This document shows positions 24,556-38,319 of a stretch of 64,000 nucleotides of DNA, one piece after another. A program made the translations under genes and the position numbers. The notes beneath the pieces are model-generated. The model had not been told where the DNA came from. It made no database searches and worked only from the letters and a program-made list of their open reading frames with translations. Origin of the DNA: Eledone cirrhosa (Eukaryota); contig OZ024742.1 in NCBI GenBank assembly GCA_964016885.1, positions 93,620,001-93,684,000 of the forward strand. Reading direction: 5' to 3'. How positions within the stretch are numbered: the stretch's first letter is position 1; the number at the start of each line of letters is the position of its first letter.

Positions 24556-26239
24556 AAGTAAAGCTATAAGAAGCACTATCGGCCAATACAAGCCAAAAAC
24601 TCAGAAGAATATGGAGTATACATACATTAAAGCATAGGAAAATTATCAAGTAAAAATTATCAAGTAAAAATTGCTAAGGAAGTGAATAACATTTTGAACC
24701 ATATTACAAATATAGTACAATGCAAACACTAAAGCTAAACACAAGTAGTGATATAAAGCGAGAATTACGGTACTAAATATAATATAATATAATATAATAT
24801 AATATAATTGATAATGATAACAATAATAATATTAAAAGGCCCCATAAACATACATATACATATACATATGTACACATATACATATATATATCAATACACA
24901 TATCCATCAATACAAACACAAACTAACACCTATTAAGAGTTTAAATAAAAATAAAAATAAAAATAAAAATAAAAATAAAAATAAAAATAAAAATAATACA
25001 TATATTATTTACAGTATAAAATGATAAAGAAATGAGTAAAAGTAAACATATAAAATATAATATACTATATAATTATATAATTAATAATCTCCGGTCAATT
25101 TGCACAAACAGTATAAATATTACAATAACACTATAATAACAATATTATAATATATTGGCATATAACTTAACAAATCATATAAAGTTACACACAGGGTGAG
25201 AAAAAAAATCATACAGAACTAAATTGTGTTGAAAAAATTGTGCTGGAAAAATATCTATACCGTTGTAAGAAAACAGAGGGAGGTCAAGTTTTTATACAAT
25301 TGGTATAAATAAGTATTATCTACAAAAATTATAAAAATATAAACATATTACAGAATTTACAAAATTTAACATAAGGGTACATCAATATCAAATAATGAAC
25401 ATAGTATAATATATATAATTACATGGTTGGTAGACAGACATATGTGAATAAGTGAATAAGAACCAGACAGAAACTACGCACAGTAGTAAAAAAATATAAA
25501 TAAAATCAACCGGAAATCGAAAAACCAAAACAAAAATATTTACTTAGGTGTCACAAGCAGTTAAGTAAAAAAATTAGGAAACAAACCCGGATAAATGACT
25601 AGAAAACCCTATTAAATTAATTAATATTGCAAGTATTTAAAATATATAATAAGTCAATACAAAATTAGCTATGGTTTAAGTAATCAAAATCTCCAAAGTT
25701 TAAGATATCTCAATAAGAACATCCAGAATAGAATGAAATACTCTACTATCAGTTGAATAACGTTATCTAATAAACAGACTTTAAATAGAACTATGGTAGG
25801 CCAATGGGAACAGAAAAAAGAAATGTATAAAGGATGCGAAGGAGCATAAAATCATAATCAATATACTGTATTATACAATAGAAAGGGGCATTAACAGGGA
25901 ATTGAATATAATTATAGTATAATTGAAGGGGCGAATGACAAGTGTGTGTGTGTGTGTGGGGGGGGGGGGTTAATTATCTAAATGAGAATCCAAATAAAAT
26001 AAAATAAAATAATATAAAATAAAATAAAATAAAATATATAATCAGATATAAACTCATAAGGTGTTAATAGTGAAAATATAATATTTAAGAAGAAAGATAT
26101 GGTATGGTAGTCAAAAGACTATGAAAGCTAGATCGAAAAGCTGTTAAAAACCAATAATAATAATAATGATAATGATGGTGGTAAACAAAATGAACCTAAA
26201 CAAAAAAGATAAGGGAATATAGCAGCTAATGGATACAAT

Positions 26240-28893
26240 TTACACTACCAGAACTTTTAGGTTGATAATAAAAGTAAGAATTAGAAATGGCGGGGGGCAA
26301 GAAGAGAATATCTCAGACTTTCTATTAAGTAAGAGTTCCCTAGAGAAAATTATAGAGTGGGTCTCAAGGATACAGAGATTACAGAATTTAGTGTGTGTTG
26401 ATAGGTTATTAGAGCGTGCTACTATTCGCCAATTAAGGCTATATGGTATATTAGCCCCCTTAATATCCCAGATATGGTGTGCTAAAGAAGTAGAATTCTT
26501 AAACTTAACATGTTTAAAATTAGAGATATGAGAATTAAATCTAGTCTTAAAAGTGCTAGATGTTGAGCCTATATATGTGCTATTAGAGGAATTAGTTTTA
26601 ACTACACAAGCATAAACGATGTTCTTAGAAAGGCAGTTACCGTTTAAAGGGCAGTTAACACTCACTCTACAGTTACACTTCCGGGTGCTATTGATCGGCT
26701 GAAGTAGTGATGCATCCCTCGTAGGGTTACTATGAGATAAGGTCTGCTCAGGTGGTAAGGCATTTATGGATCTATCCAGACTAGTAGTACGCAGAGAGGA
26801 GTAGCAATCCCTAATTTTCCCATTGTTAGTGCTAGCTAAATGAGAACTAATATTAGGGGTGGTAGAGAACGATAGTTTAATTACATTTTTATTAAAAATA
26901 CCATGGTATTTATTAGTAGGAGGGAAATTTTTCTCTAAGATAGAAAAGAAAGACCTAGGGATGTTAGTTAATACTTCCTGATTATATGGCGGGTTAAAAT
27001 AAGTATTTAGTCTCCTTCTATTTCTATCCTTACCAACCCTACCGTTATCTAATATCCCATTATTAAGATCCGGGTTACTACGAGGACTAGTTAAAACCAC
27101 ATTATTAGAATCAGCCGAAACTCCATTGAGTCTCTTTCTGTTTCTACCTTTAGTATATCTACTGCTATCTGGAATCATATCAAAAGGATTAGGGCTAATA
27201 ATAGGATCAGTAGAAACAACACTATTAGAATTAGATTTAGCAAAAGCATTACCACTGAGTGAGCACTCAGAGCGCCCAACTTGATCCCTAGAGCTATTAG
27301 ATTCACTATTACGAATCCGGTGGCTTAACTTATGGATGGGTTCGGATACACCTATGTGATTTCTACGATTCTTATGCTTTCTACTCCCATTCATGGCCAT
27401 ATTATGGGATATTATGTTATTATTATTATATGTAAGCGGAGACTTTCTAAGGTTACTATTATTATAATGTATTTTACCAGAGTAACCGGAGTTAGCTAGG
27501 GCGTTATTATAGTACTCTGCATGTGCATTAAATATTCCTATGTCCTTAGAGAGTGTGGAAATTCTATTAGATACACCATTAATTATAGAGCTTATCATAG
27601 ATTTGAGGTGCTTAGAATTGGGACTAACATAAGAGAGTATTTCATTAGGCTTATGGAAGGGTTTAAAACTATTAGTGACCAAGTCCAAAGTCACATCTAA
27701 AAAGTTGACCGCTCTATCATTTCTATCTATCGTGATCGAAAGGTTAAAGCTTTCAAAAAACTTGCAAAGTTTCTTCTTATTATGCTCGATATTATTGGTG
27801 CTAGAGTTAATCACAAACAATGCGTCGTCACGATAAAGTCCGCCTTTAAGGTGCGGAAAGTTAACATACAGTTCATTTAGGAGGAACAGCCCAACAAGAT
27901 CAGTTACGTGGGCCGAATCACTCGAACCCATTGTAACGTCGAAATTGTTGGGCGTGTTTTTACGGGTCCAAAATGTATCCTCAAAATTGATGATAGTTCT
28001 ACGGGCTGCTAGTATAATATCAATCTGTGATCGTGTAAGGCTGGACACTCTCATGGCCATCATTAAGGCTTTATTATCGATATGTAATAGGCATCAATAT
28101 CAAACTGGATAAACCTACTAGATTCAAGTTTATTAATACCAGAGAACCAATCTATAACCTCCTTAGTGTTCCCCGATAGATTAAAATTAACCTTCTCCCT
28201 AACGTCTGGTATAATAAGGTCAAGGATTTTCTTACTAATTATGGCTATATCAGATTTAGAAGGACAGATGAGTCTAACAGAGGGATTACTAATGAAGTCT
28301 ACCTTATGATCCTTAAGAGTGAATCTCGGTTCCCTAGGGTAATATGGCTGGGTATACTTATCAAGGCCAAGATCCGAGACTATCTTAAGACCCTCATTAT
28401 TGATATGATCCAAATTATCTTGCGTAGTCTTTTTATAATTTCTATGCAGCTCCTTATAAATAAAATTACGGTAAGCACTGTAATCCATAGAGTATAGATT
28501 CTTAGTCTTATCAGCCGGGACAAGAATAGACTTATTCTCTCTAAAACCCTTAACAATATTTTTAAGTCTAGACTGGAACCTGTCAAACTTATAATTTCCA
28601 TGTCTATTATATGGCCTATACTTAATATTTTTGACAAGGGAAAGTAAATCATTTTCAAAATTATCTAATAGAACATTATGTGGTGGGCTCTTATAAGTTT
28701 TGAAGCCAAAGTTATTGAAAGGAGTTCTATGCCTGGGGTCAGTCCTATTCCTATTAATATCAAAGTGGAAAGCACGCCATCTAATACTTTTTACGAAGGA
28801 GTTAACACTAGCAATTAAGAGTTTTTCATAAGTATTTCTAGAGGGGATGGTAATATTCTTCAGAGATAAAGGCAGGTAGCTCTTTGTTAGCAT
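26240..28893 (-). pseudogene. PLE1 reverse transcriptase / GIY-YIG endonuclease, split by one frameshifting deletion near 28063
   Basis: ORFs 28063-28893 and 26240-28063: PADKT, QFDIDAYY, FDVTMGSSDSA, GGLYRDD, FLDVTLDL, FNPPY, CNCR-CPLNGNC, NIVY...YIG, RFNSH, CNLCILE. Confidence 0.92.
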
Positions 28894-29028
28894 ACTGTCA
28901 GATATATATAAAGGCCAAAATACCAGTATATAGGAGGAAGCTCAACTAATCAGGAGCCGTAACAAGAATTAAAATACTAGTTGGCTAATAAAGACTTTTG
29001 ATGTACTGAATGCTTCTTTGGTTTATTT

Positions 29029-29123
<95 letters not shown>

Positions 29124-29160
29124 ATATATATGTGTGTATATATATATATGTATATAAATA

Positions 29161-29680
29161 TGTCTCATGGTCGGGTCGTTGGCGACTAAACTGGACATCC
29201 AGCAGGACTAAAAACAAAACCCGTCAAAGGGCAAAGGAGCTCTTAAGAGTCAATGGCCATCCAAAATCACCGGGAGAGATGACCCCTTAGCCTTTGTCAA
29301 GGCAGAATTCTAGGAGAAGGAAAACTCTGATATAACACCTGCAACCCTGATGGTATCCAATGATGTTGACTTGTTCTTCTTTTTGGTACATATCATCTTG
29401 TTTAAGAGAGTGGGACTGGCTTTGTGCAGTGCCTTTGCTCACTATAAAAGCTTCACGGCACAGGCATTGCTTTATATCTGGAGATCTCTCTGCACTTGTC
29501 GTCAGATGGTACCATGGGCCCAGCACTATGTGTCAATAATTGTCAAAAGTGTAGTGTTTGTACCAGAGTTTTCAAATCGCTTGCTGGACTAAAAAGTCAC
29601 ACTCGTTCAGCGCATCGGTAGGGGTTCTCCTACATGGATATAAAGTAGTGGCCGTACTCGAAAACGAGTTGGCAGCCACC
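29161..29680 (+). mobile_element. Bipartite (internally deleted) non-autonomous RTE element
   Basis: RTE 5'UTR-like motif CTAGGAGAAGGAAAACTCTGA. 29550-29621 encodes CSVCTRVFKSLAGLKSHTRSAHR*, a C2H2 terminus typical of BovB-like RTEs. 3' stem-loop ACTCG-AAAA-CGAGT followed by a TA tract. Confidence 0.65.
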
Positions 29681-30339
29681 ATATAAATATGTATATATAT
29701 ATATATATATATGTATGTATACGTACATACATATATCTATACAGACGTACAGTAGTATGTATATATATACATACATGCACACACATATATATGTATGTAT
29801 GGGTTTACCGAACATTTATTATAATGCTCGGTTGTTTGTAAACAAACAGCCCGAATTAAGCCGTACAATGTTTAGCATCCATCGTTGCCCTTTTGTTCAA
29901 CACTGACAAAGGAACGATGTACTAGTTTCAAGCTTATTAGCTATCGTCAGCATCGTATACCTTCCCGCCAGATGATTGAACATCTGAAAGCATATACTTT
30001 CCTTATTCATATTAACGACTGAGCAGCCTAATTTGCATATCGAGTTTCCATATATATATATAGATGTGAGAAAAACCGCAGACCCTCCATCTCAACTCTA
30101 ATCTTGAAAAGCAGAAGAACTGCGAAACCGGTAAAGGAACCAAATAAATATATATATTTTTTTTAAAATAAGACTCCAGTAGCATTTTCGATTTCATCTT
30201 TTTTTTCTTTATACTTTCACTCGTGTAGGACACCTCGGTTATTTTTCATTTTGTAAAAAAACCTCACTTTCTAATATATATATATATATGCGTGTATGTA
30301 GTCATACCTAGTAGAATATGAACATTTGCATGTAAAACT

Positions 30340-31100
30340 GTTGCATTAAACATTGTGGTGCTAAGATAGTTGATGAAGCAATAGGTGCAGATATCAAAGC
30401 AGCTGACTTATTCCTTGCAGAATTCCAAGCCCTTGGACAATGTTGAATATCCTAAGGATATATTTTGAATGTAGTTGAGTCAGGATTATATGTAAGAAAA
30501 ACACTTTCAAACTTCTTTACCTTCATTGAAGAAAAGTTTGTACTAGTACTTAAAGCTCTCAATAATATAGTTTAACATGTTTCTTGGTGGCAATGACTTT
30601 GAGACTCTGAAATTGTATTGGTATTTGTCTACCATTTATAAGTATCCCATACATTAAGAGTTAAAAATACCTTACAAGTGTTTGTCTACTGCAAGTTGAA
30701 GAATAAGCATTGAGGTCACATAGGAATTGTTTTCAGATTGGTAAACAAATAATTCTGGCACTGTTGTGTACAACTTCTGCATTGAGAGTGATTTGCCACC
30801 CAAAGCTATTCTGTTAGTCAAAGCTTCTGGCCAACCTCCAAAACTTGATGTAGTTCAAACAATGTAATGTAAACAGTTTACATATCCCCAAACACAACAT
30901 TTATTCAGCAGCTAATTGATCAGAGTGTAATAACAAATTTCTTGGTGTACTACCTTCAGGAATTCTTATAAGAAAATAGTCAATATAAGAGACACAAACC
31001 CTAGACTTGTGTAAGGGTACTTATAATAATTCAACATTTTAAATCTCATGAATTTTATTGCGACTGCCTAGAAGGTCACTACAAGCTTGAGCTAGTGGAG
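30340..31100 (+). pseudogene. Highly decayed Tigger/pogo transposase
   Basis: Fragments ADIKAADLFLAEF, ILNVVESGL (cf. FNVDETGL), LPPKAILLV..ASGQP (cf. LLLDNAPGHP) and QQLIDQSVITNFLVYY (cf. QPMDQGVI) occur in the expected order. Confidence 0.65.
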
Positions 31101-31759
31101 CTTTGCAATGCAGTCATACAAGAAATTTAGAGTTTGAATGTGTGATGCTGGATAAACTAACAGGTTTGTTCATTAACATTACTGAATATAACTAATTTGT
31201 TATAATGGTATAGAACAAATCAAAAGGCACTGAAATTTCTCAAAATAAATGTATAGTATATAGTCCATTGTGGTTGCAGATCTCTGCCATGAAACAAACC
31301 CATGTTGAAATCAAAACCACTGTCTGAGGTAGACAGTTTTACCCATGCTATGTCATTGTTGAAAAGCAATAATTTCCTTGCATGAATTATTATTTATATA
31401 TCGTTTGTGTCAATACTGCTATCGAATTGTATAAATTCTATGGTCTAACAATGATTTGGATATAGATGGGTAAAATTAAAAAAATCTTGTAAATCTTGCA
31501 TTCTGTTTATATGATATGTTTATATACCAGTCTATTACTTCCTTGGTGTTAAACCATTATTAAAGGTTAGTGGCAGTTTTGTATTTATTAACCTTGCTAA
31601 ATATTCTCTTTCAACTAAACGAATCTTATTCAAGCTGTCACTTCTTATATATGTTTTTACTCTGGAACTCTACATACTCTCTCTCTCTCTTTCTCTCTCC
31701 CCCTCCCTCTTTCTCTCTCTATATATATGTGTGAGTTTGAGTGTGTGTGTGTTACACAC

Positions 31760-32100
31760 CTTCCCCACCAAAGTCCTCAGCCCACACTGTATAGTGATCA
31801 TGATGGTGACATGATAAAAAGTTCCCAGCCCACACTGTAAAGTGCTCATGTAGGTGACATTACAAAAGTGCCCAGTCCAAACTGTACAGTGGTCATGTAG
31901 GCGTCACGAAAAAAAGCACCCACTACACACAGCAAATGTGGTTGGCATTAGGAAGGGTATCCAGCCATAAAAACCAAAAACCGTTGTGTATGAACAAAAC
32001 GTTGTCATCTGACATGGCTTGTCTCACAATGATACAATTCGTCTAACCCATGGTAATGTAGAAAAATGGATGCTAAATGCTGATGATCATGATGATAATT
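31760..32100 (+). mobile_element. RTE 3'-UTR-derived dispersed repeat with internal ~48-bp subrepeats
   Basis: Matches 42740-43010. Other copies lie near 23430-23610(-), 35010-35360, 36780-36945, 39810-40350, 43875-44170(-), 49618-49690, 51315-51470(-) and 60936-60995(-). Confidence 0.8.
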
Positions 32101-32182
32101 TACACACACATACAGACACTATTTAGTTATCCCCAAATTTCTTCATATACAGATATGTGATATATATATATATATATATATA

Positions 32183-32269
<87 letters not shown>

Positions 32270-33268
32270 CAAGGAGTTCCTGCTGTTGTTAAAATCTTGC
32301 CAAACAAAATTTCATTTTAAATAGATAGGACATAAGTTATTAATATTTCTGTAGTGTTAGAAAACACTGGGTGATATTTCAGTACTGTTAGTTACCAACT
32401 GTGAATAGAATGACTAGATTTCAGACTACTAACTGAACGATTGCCATGTAACCTTATCTTACAAAGAATTATTCATGAATCATATAGAAATATATACAAT
32501 GGACTATTTCAATACATATTCTGTAGTTATATTAAAACTGTCACAAATTAGCTCAGAAAAAAATTAGCAACCACTTATTGTCAAAATGTATGAGGCTGCT
32601 CCATACATCTAGCATTATGTCTGTTACTGTCTCTCTCTGTGACTGTCTGTCTCTGTCTCTGTCTGTCTGTCTCTCTCTGTGACTGTCTGTCTCTGTCTCT
32701 GTCTGTCTGTCTCTCTCTGTGACTGTCTGTCTCTCTCTCTCTCGAAGAGTCTTTGGGTTTAGTAGAAAACCTTTGAGAAAATTTCACTTGTCTGGGTAAT
32801 ACCATGTTCCACATGTTGTGGTTTATTTAGATTATTTAGTTAGGCTAGTAGGGCACACACATTACTTCTTTTTTTTGTTTCTAAGAGAATTGGATACAGA
32901 GCCAAAACATTATCGTATAGTCTTTAAACATATTGTGTGTTAATAATGGAATTTAAGAATTTAAATTCAGAGCTGAAGAAATTCAGGTTTAAACATTTTA
33001 AAGTTTTAAAATCAAAGATATTGAGTAATCGATTTATATCTTGGCTTGGCATTTTCTTCATGATTTCTCCATACTTTAAAGATGATATATAATGTTATAA
33101 ATTTGAATGTTAGAATTTTAAATAGAATACGCTAAATATTACACAGTAAAATATATAATAAAACATACATTAAAATAAAATACAATAAAATATATAGAGC
33201 AAAAGAATTAAAATGAGAAATAAGAATATTAAAATTTGGATTAAGAAGTTCCCATAAAATGACCATAA

Positions 33269-33417
33269 AATTATGTTATCGAATTGGTGGATGGTGTGGT
33301 TTGGCTAACCTATCTGTTTTATGCTATGGAATTGGTGTATGGTGGGGTTTCGCCTACCTATCTGTTTTATGTTATGGAATTGGTGTATGGCGGGGTTTGG
33401 CCTACCTATCTGTTTTA
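33269..33417. repeat. ~47-bp tandem repeat, three copies
   Basis: ATGGAATTGGTGTATGGTGGGGTTTGGCCTACCTATCTGTTTT-type unit repeated three times. Confidence 0.85.
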
Positions 33418-36189
33418 ATCTAGCTTAATACTTTATGAAGACTAAATCTTCTTTGTAAAAATAGATCATACATAATGTGTAATAAATCAGAATTAATGCA
33501 AGAAATGTTAATTTTGGCATAGGACTGGATTAATTGAATTTGTTTATAAATCATGTAAGTTTGAAACAGTCATGTTAAACCGTTACGGTAAGCTGTCATG
33601 AATGCAATGATAATACATTAGATTTAAATTTAAAAATAGAGATAGTTTTAAAATATTAAGTTTGGACTTAAACAGCAATAGTAAACATTGACATATGGGT
33701 TCGAATTTTACCTGATTTAATGGATTATGCTATGGTGTATAAATATTTTTGAGATTACTTAATCAAATTGAATGGTGGGTGTTTATATAGAATATTTGAT
33801 GCATAAATAAAATAAAGATACAGTAATACATATATAATGAGCAAGAAAAATAAGTTAAATTAAGGTTAAGAATATTTTTAGGATGTTTTAATTTCTTTTA
33901 TAGGAAGAATATTTATTATACTTCAGTAACATGTGTGATGAAATGACAGAATTATAATGACAGAGCATTAGATAAATTCCTTTGGTTTGGCTTGTTACAT
34001 TCTATGTTCCAAACTTATTGAGGTCAAATTTACCTTTCAGCTTTTTGGAGTCAATAAAATAAAGTATCAGTCAAGTACTGGGTTGATTTAATTAAAAAAA
34101 TTGCAGACTTTGTGCCTTATTAGGAAACATAACTCTCTATCACAATTAACAGACATAAAATAATAAATAAATATTAAACAAGAGAGGGAATGGCAATTTG
34201 GAAAAACACTACATCCTTGACTGGACAACATATTTCCGAGAAATGGGAACATGACATACATTTTGCTTTCTGTTGGAAAATTTCAGATTAGAACAAATTG
34301 ATTAATATATTTATGGTTAGTAACACAAGGAATTATATGTTTAATAGTGTAATTAATAAGTAGAATTCATTTATAAACATTTATATTTTATGTGAGTTCA
34401 AAACTGTCACAAAATAAATATGAAAGAGAATGTGTTTGATGTAATGATAATAAACTACATTTTAATTTGACATCTTACTATTAACAGACAATACATATAT
34501 TTCTATCGGTATAGATTAAACAGATTGTAACACTAAAGTTCCTTCCTGACAGACAAAAATACCCTACTGTCATTACTTCTGTCTGGCTCAAATCATCTGA
34601 ACTATTTTTATGCACAAGAAAATATTTAATTTTAGGAAAGCTTTGTGAGGGTTTAGCAAACAATTAATGCTTAGAATGAGACACAAGCAAATCCCCAAAG
34701 AGTTTTCTTTGATGTCATGTTGCATATAATAAAGTTTAGATTATTCAAACTATACACACATAAAAAAAAAATCAATGGAATTATTGTGCATACCACTTCA
34801 CCATCTTCTGAGATAACATATTTGCCATCTTGTCTACCTGCCAAGACTATGAAATATTTATATGACAAGCTGTGATTTTCTTTGTTTATTGTATTCACAG
34901 AATAAGATGTATTAAATGTTTTAAAAAGATATAATAGAATTATCAATTGACTGCTAAGCAGAAAAAATTTACAGAATCTGATTTGAGAAAGGCAGGATGA
35001 TATATACTGGTGATACAACTAAAATCACCCAGTCCACACTGTAGGTGGTCATACTGGTGACACGACAAAAAGTACACAGTCCACCCTGTAAGGTGGTCAT
35101 GCTGGTGACATGACTAAAAGCACCTAGTCCAAACTGTAGGTGGTCGTACTGGTGACACTACAAAATGTACCCAGTCCATCCTGTAAGGTGGTCATGCTGG
35201 TGACTCAATAAAAAGTACCCATTCCACATTGTAATGTGGTTTCTGTTAGGAAAAGCATCTAGCCATAGAAACGAAGCCAAAATACTGTTCCGTATGCACA
35301 AGAACATGTCTCAGGATCTGACTTGTCTCATAATGTGACAACCCATTTAAAGCATGCAAGTGTATATCACCTGACTTAGTGATCAATATGTGATTCCTAG
35401 TTCATGACTTCTCAGTGGGACTTTGTTTCACCCATTTTGGGTGTTTATGATATCTTACATCAGATAATGAGGTTTGAGAAGAGAGCAAAAGAAGAATAGC
35501 AAAATCACAATGGAAAACAAAAGCAGTTGGCAGGTAGATTCCAGATATTGCATGATTTAGCACTACCACCACCTGATCCTTGTGTGATGTTAGCAACACT
35601 CAATCTCTTGTAAGTATTTGGCCATTTCATTGGTTTGTGGATAACTTACTTTCTGCTTCCAACATGTTACAGAGGCCCTGAAAAGTGTTGTAGCTTCAGC
35701 CTTCCCTCCTTAGAATTAATCCTTATGGAGTCATATTGTGACATACAGAATATCTGGGGCACTTTACACCTGGTGGATATCACCTACTTTCCTATCTGAA
35801 TACAGCCACTTTCTTCTGGAGAAGAGAGAGAAAGTGGGGTTTGAGGGATATAGAGAACAAAATCTAACCCAGTATTGGACTGGTTCTTTTTTTACCAACC
35901 CCAAAAGAATGAAAATCAAAGTTATCATTGGCAGGATTTGAACTCAGAGAGTGCACAAGTCAGAATGAATACCACAAAGTATTCTAACAGCTCTGCCAAT
36001 TCATGACCCATCTTATTCATTATATATCTTTTAAAACCATGTGCTATCATCCTGGCCAAAACCAGCTCTGTGTCTATAAAACAAAAGCAACATTATAAAG
36101 ATTTTGCATTTTAGTAAAAATTGTCCAACATATGTTTATATAAGAACCACATAGCAAGTTATGTTACAAATACTATCTTAGTAATAAAA

Positions 36190-37660
36190 TTGTTTCTACT
36201 TTTGGCACAAGGCCAGTAATTATCCAGTGTATTACTGGTACTTTATTTTATAAACCCCGTAAGGATGAAAGGCAAAGTTAACCTCGGCGGGATTTGAACT
36301 CAGAATGGAAAGGGCTGTAACTCTTTAATAAATCATAGTATTAGTAAATTACTTAAAACCCATTGAAATAGAGTATATCTCATTAGAAAAACAGTCATGA
36401 AATGCTATGAAGGATATAAGACAACATTTGAAAAATTTAGAATCCCAGGAAATAAGTGTATAGACAATAGTCCCATTTTACCAGAAGTGACCATTCTGAT
36501 GATGATGACCATGAGAAATAGAGATTTTTTCTTTTCTAATTTTTCTCCAATTATAAAGTGTTTCTTGTAGTTATTAACTTTTAAATATACATTATTTACC
36601 AAATTGAAATGAATGAAGAGCTACTTTTCAAATTAATATGTATGTATTAGTGTGTGCATGTATATACATATTAGTTATCATTATCATCAGCATCATAATC
36701 ATTATTTTATGGCTACTGTTCTATGATTGCATGGGATGGAGTATGTCATATATACATTTCCCTAGATATTCGAAATTTAGTATGGTGTTAGTGTTGGGAA
36801 GGGCATCAAGCTATAGAAACCAAGCCAGAAACAGTTCTGTATGAGCAAGACATGGTCATCTGATCTGGCTTGTCTCACAACGGGACAACTCATCTAACTC
36901 ATGCTAGCGTGGAAAAGTGGACGTTAAATGGTAATGATAATGATTAGTGTCCTGACTGTGTTTGAACCCAATCATTAACCATTATCAATTTGCCAATTTA
37001 TACACCTCAGTGTAACTAGGAGAATTATACTTTCTGTCTAGAAATGTTCAATTCTTCTAACCTTGCAAGTTGCAGTCATTGAGCTTTAATGCTAATGTAA
37101 ATACCATCTAGGGAGAAAGTTATTTGCCATCATTTCATCAATTCTTCTAATTAAAATGGCTGACATCCCATCACTGTATCATTTCTCATTAAATTCTAAC
37201 ATTTGTAACATCTCTATATTCTTGGCCTCCTAGTATTATTAACAACAACAATAATAATGATTTCTAATTTAAGCACATGGTCAACAAGTTTGGGAGAAGA
37301 GAAAGTCAATTTAATTGACTCAATGTGTTACTGATACTTTATTTTATCAACCCATTTATGAAGAAATAATAGATAACTGTGGCAGGATTTGAACTCAGAA
37401 TGCAAAGGGATGCAACTCTATGCTGCAAATCATGTTGTCTTACACTCTACTTATACTGCCATTCCACCACTCAACAACAACAGCAATAATAATTGTTTCT
37501 ACTTTTGGCACAAGGCCAGCAAATTACCCCAGTGCATTACTGGTGCTTATTTTATCAAACTCGTAAGGATTAAAGGCAAAGTTAACCTCAACGGGATTTG
37601 AACTCAAACCATTAAGGGACTTAACTCTATGCTACAAAGCATGGCGTCCAACCCTATAAT
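36190..37660 (-). mobile_element. Cluster of Nin-like tRNA-SINE copies (about 36190-36325, 37255-37470, 37492-37660)
   Basis: Shared TTTTGGCACAAGGCCAG...AAGGATGAAAGGCAAAGTTAACCTC...GGATTTGAACTC; further copies near 35865-36000 and 52010-52187. Confidence 0.75.
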
Positions 37661-38088
37661 GGCAATAATGGTTTTTAATTGAGGACAAGACTAGCAGTTT
37701 GTGAGGCACAGGCAGTGGTGAAAATTCTGTAATAGAGTGGAGTATTCCAATACTGGTTTCTCCTATGGAAGCATCTGAATTCATTAGTTTTTCTGATGGT
37801 GTCACTTAATTCCTTTGCAGGCCATTTCTTCAGGCCAAACAATATCATCTTAATATTTTATAATCAACTCATTTTTCCACAAGTTGCTATAGTAAAAGTG
37901 ATATCATATTTTACCATTGTACTAGTAATCTTGTTGTTGGTAGTGGTGGTGATTATATTGTTGATCTTTTGGAGTTGTGGCTGCTTTGGTTGTTATTGTT
38001 TTCATTGATCTTCTGGTTAACATCTGTAGCCATAGTGGCTCTGTTGTCGTTGTCACTGTTGTTATTGTTATAATTTATGGAGTTGTTA

Positions 38089-38279
38089 GGGCGGTGAATT
38101 GGCAGTATCGGTAGAGGGTCGGACGCCATGCTTTGACACATAGAGTTACGGCTCTTGCCATTCTGAGTTCAAATCCCGCCGAGGTTAACTTTGCCTTTCA
38201 TCCTTACGGGGTCGATAAAATAAAATACCAGTAATGTACTGGGTAATTTGCTGGCCTTGTGCCAATAGTAGAAACAATT
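38089..38279 (+). mobile_element. Full-length tRNA-derived SINE with Nin-domain-like core
   Basis: A-box-like TGGCAGTATCGG, B-box GAGTTCAAATCC, core TTTGCCTTTCATCCTTACGGGGTCGATAAAA; 16-bp TSD ATTTATGGAGTTGTTA (38073-38088, 38280-38295). Confidence 0.88.
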
Positions 38280-38319
38280 ATTTATGGAGTTGTTACTGTT
38301 TATTTTTGTTATTTTCCTC

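Larger units (their letters stand above)
24369..29032 (-). mobile_element. Penelope-like retroelement 1 (C-terminal GIY-YIG; Nematis-like motifs) with 3' pLTR and inverted 5' pLTR fragment
   Basis: RT plus GIY-YIG ORF; 17-bp direct repeat 24369-24385/28964-28980; 28980-29032 is the reverse complement of about 24471-24523; both ends abut (TA)n. Confidence 0.92.

Noticed and set aside
38089-38180. tRNA gene
   Set aside because: The A/B boxes belong to a SINE head followed by a conserved core and flanked by a TSD; no cloverleaf is evident.
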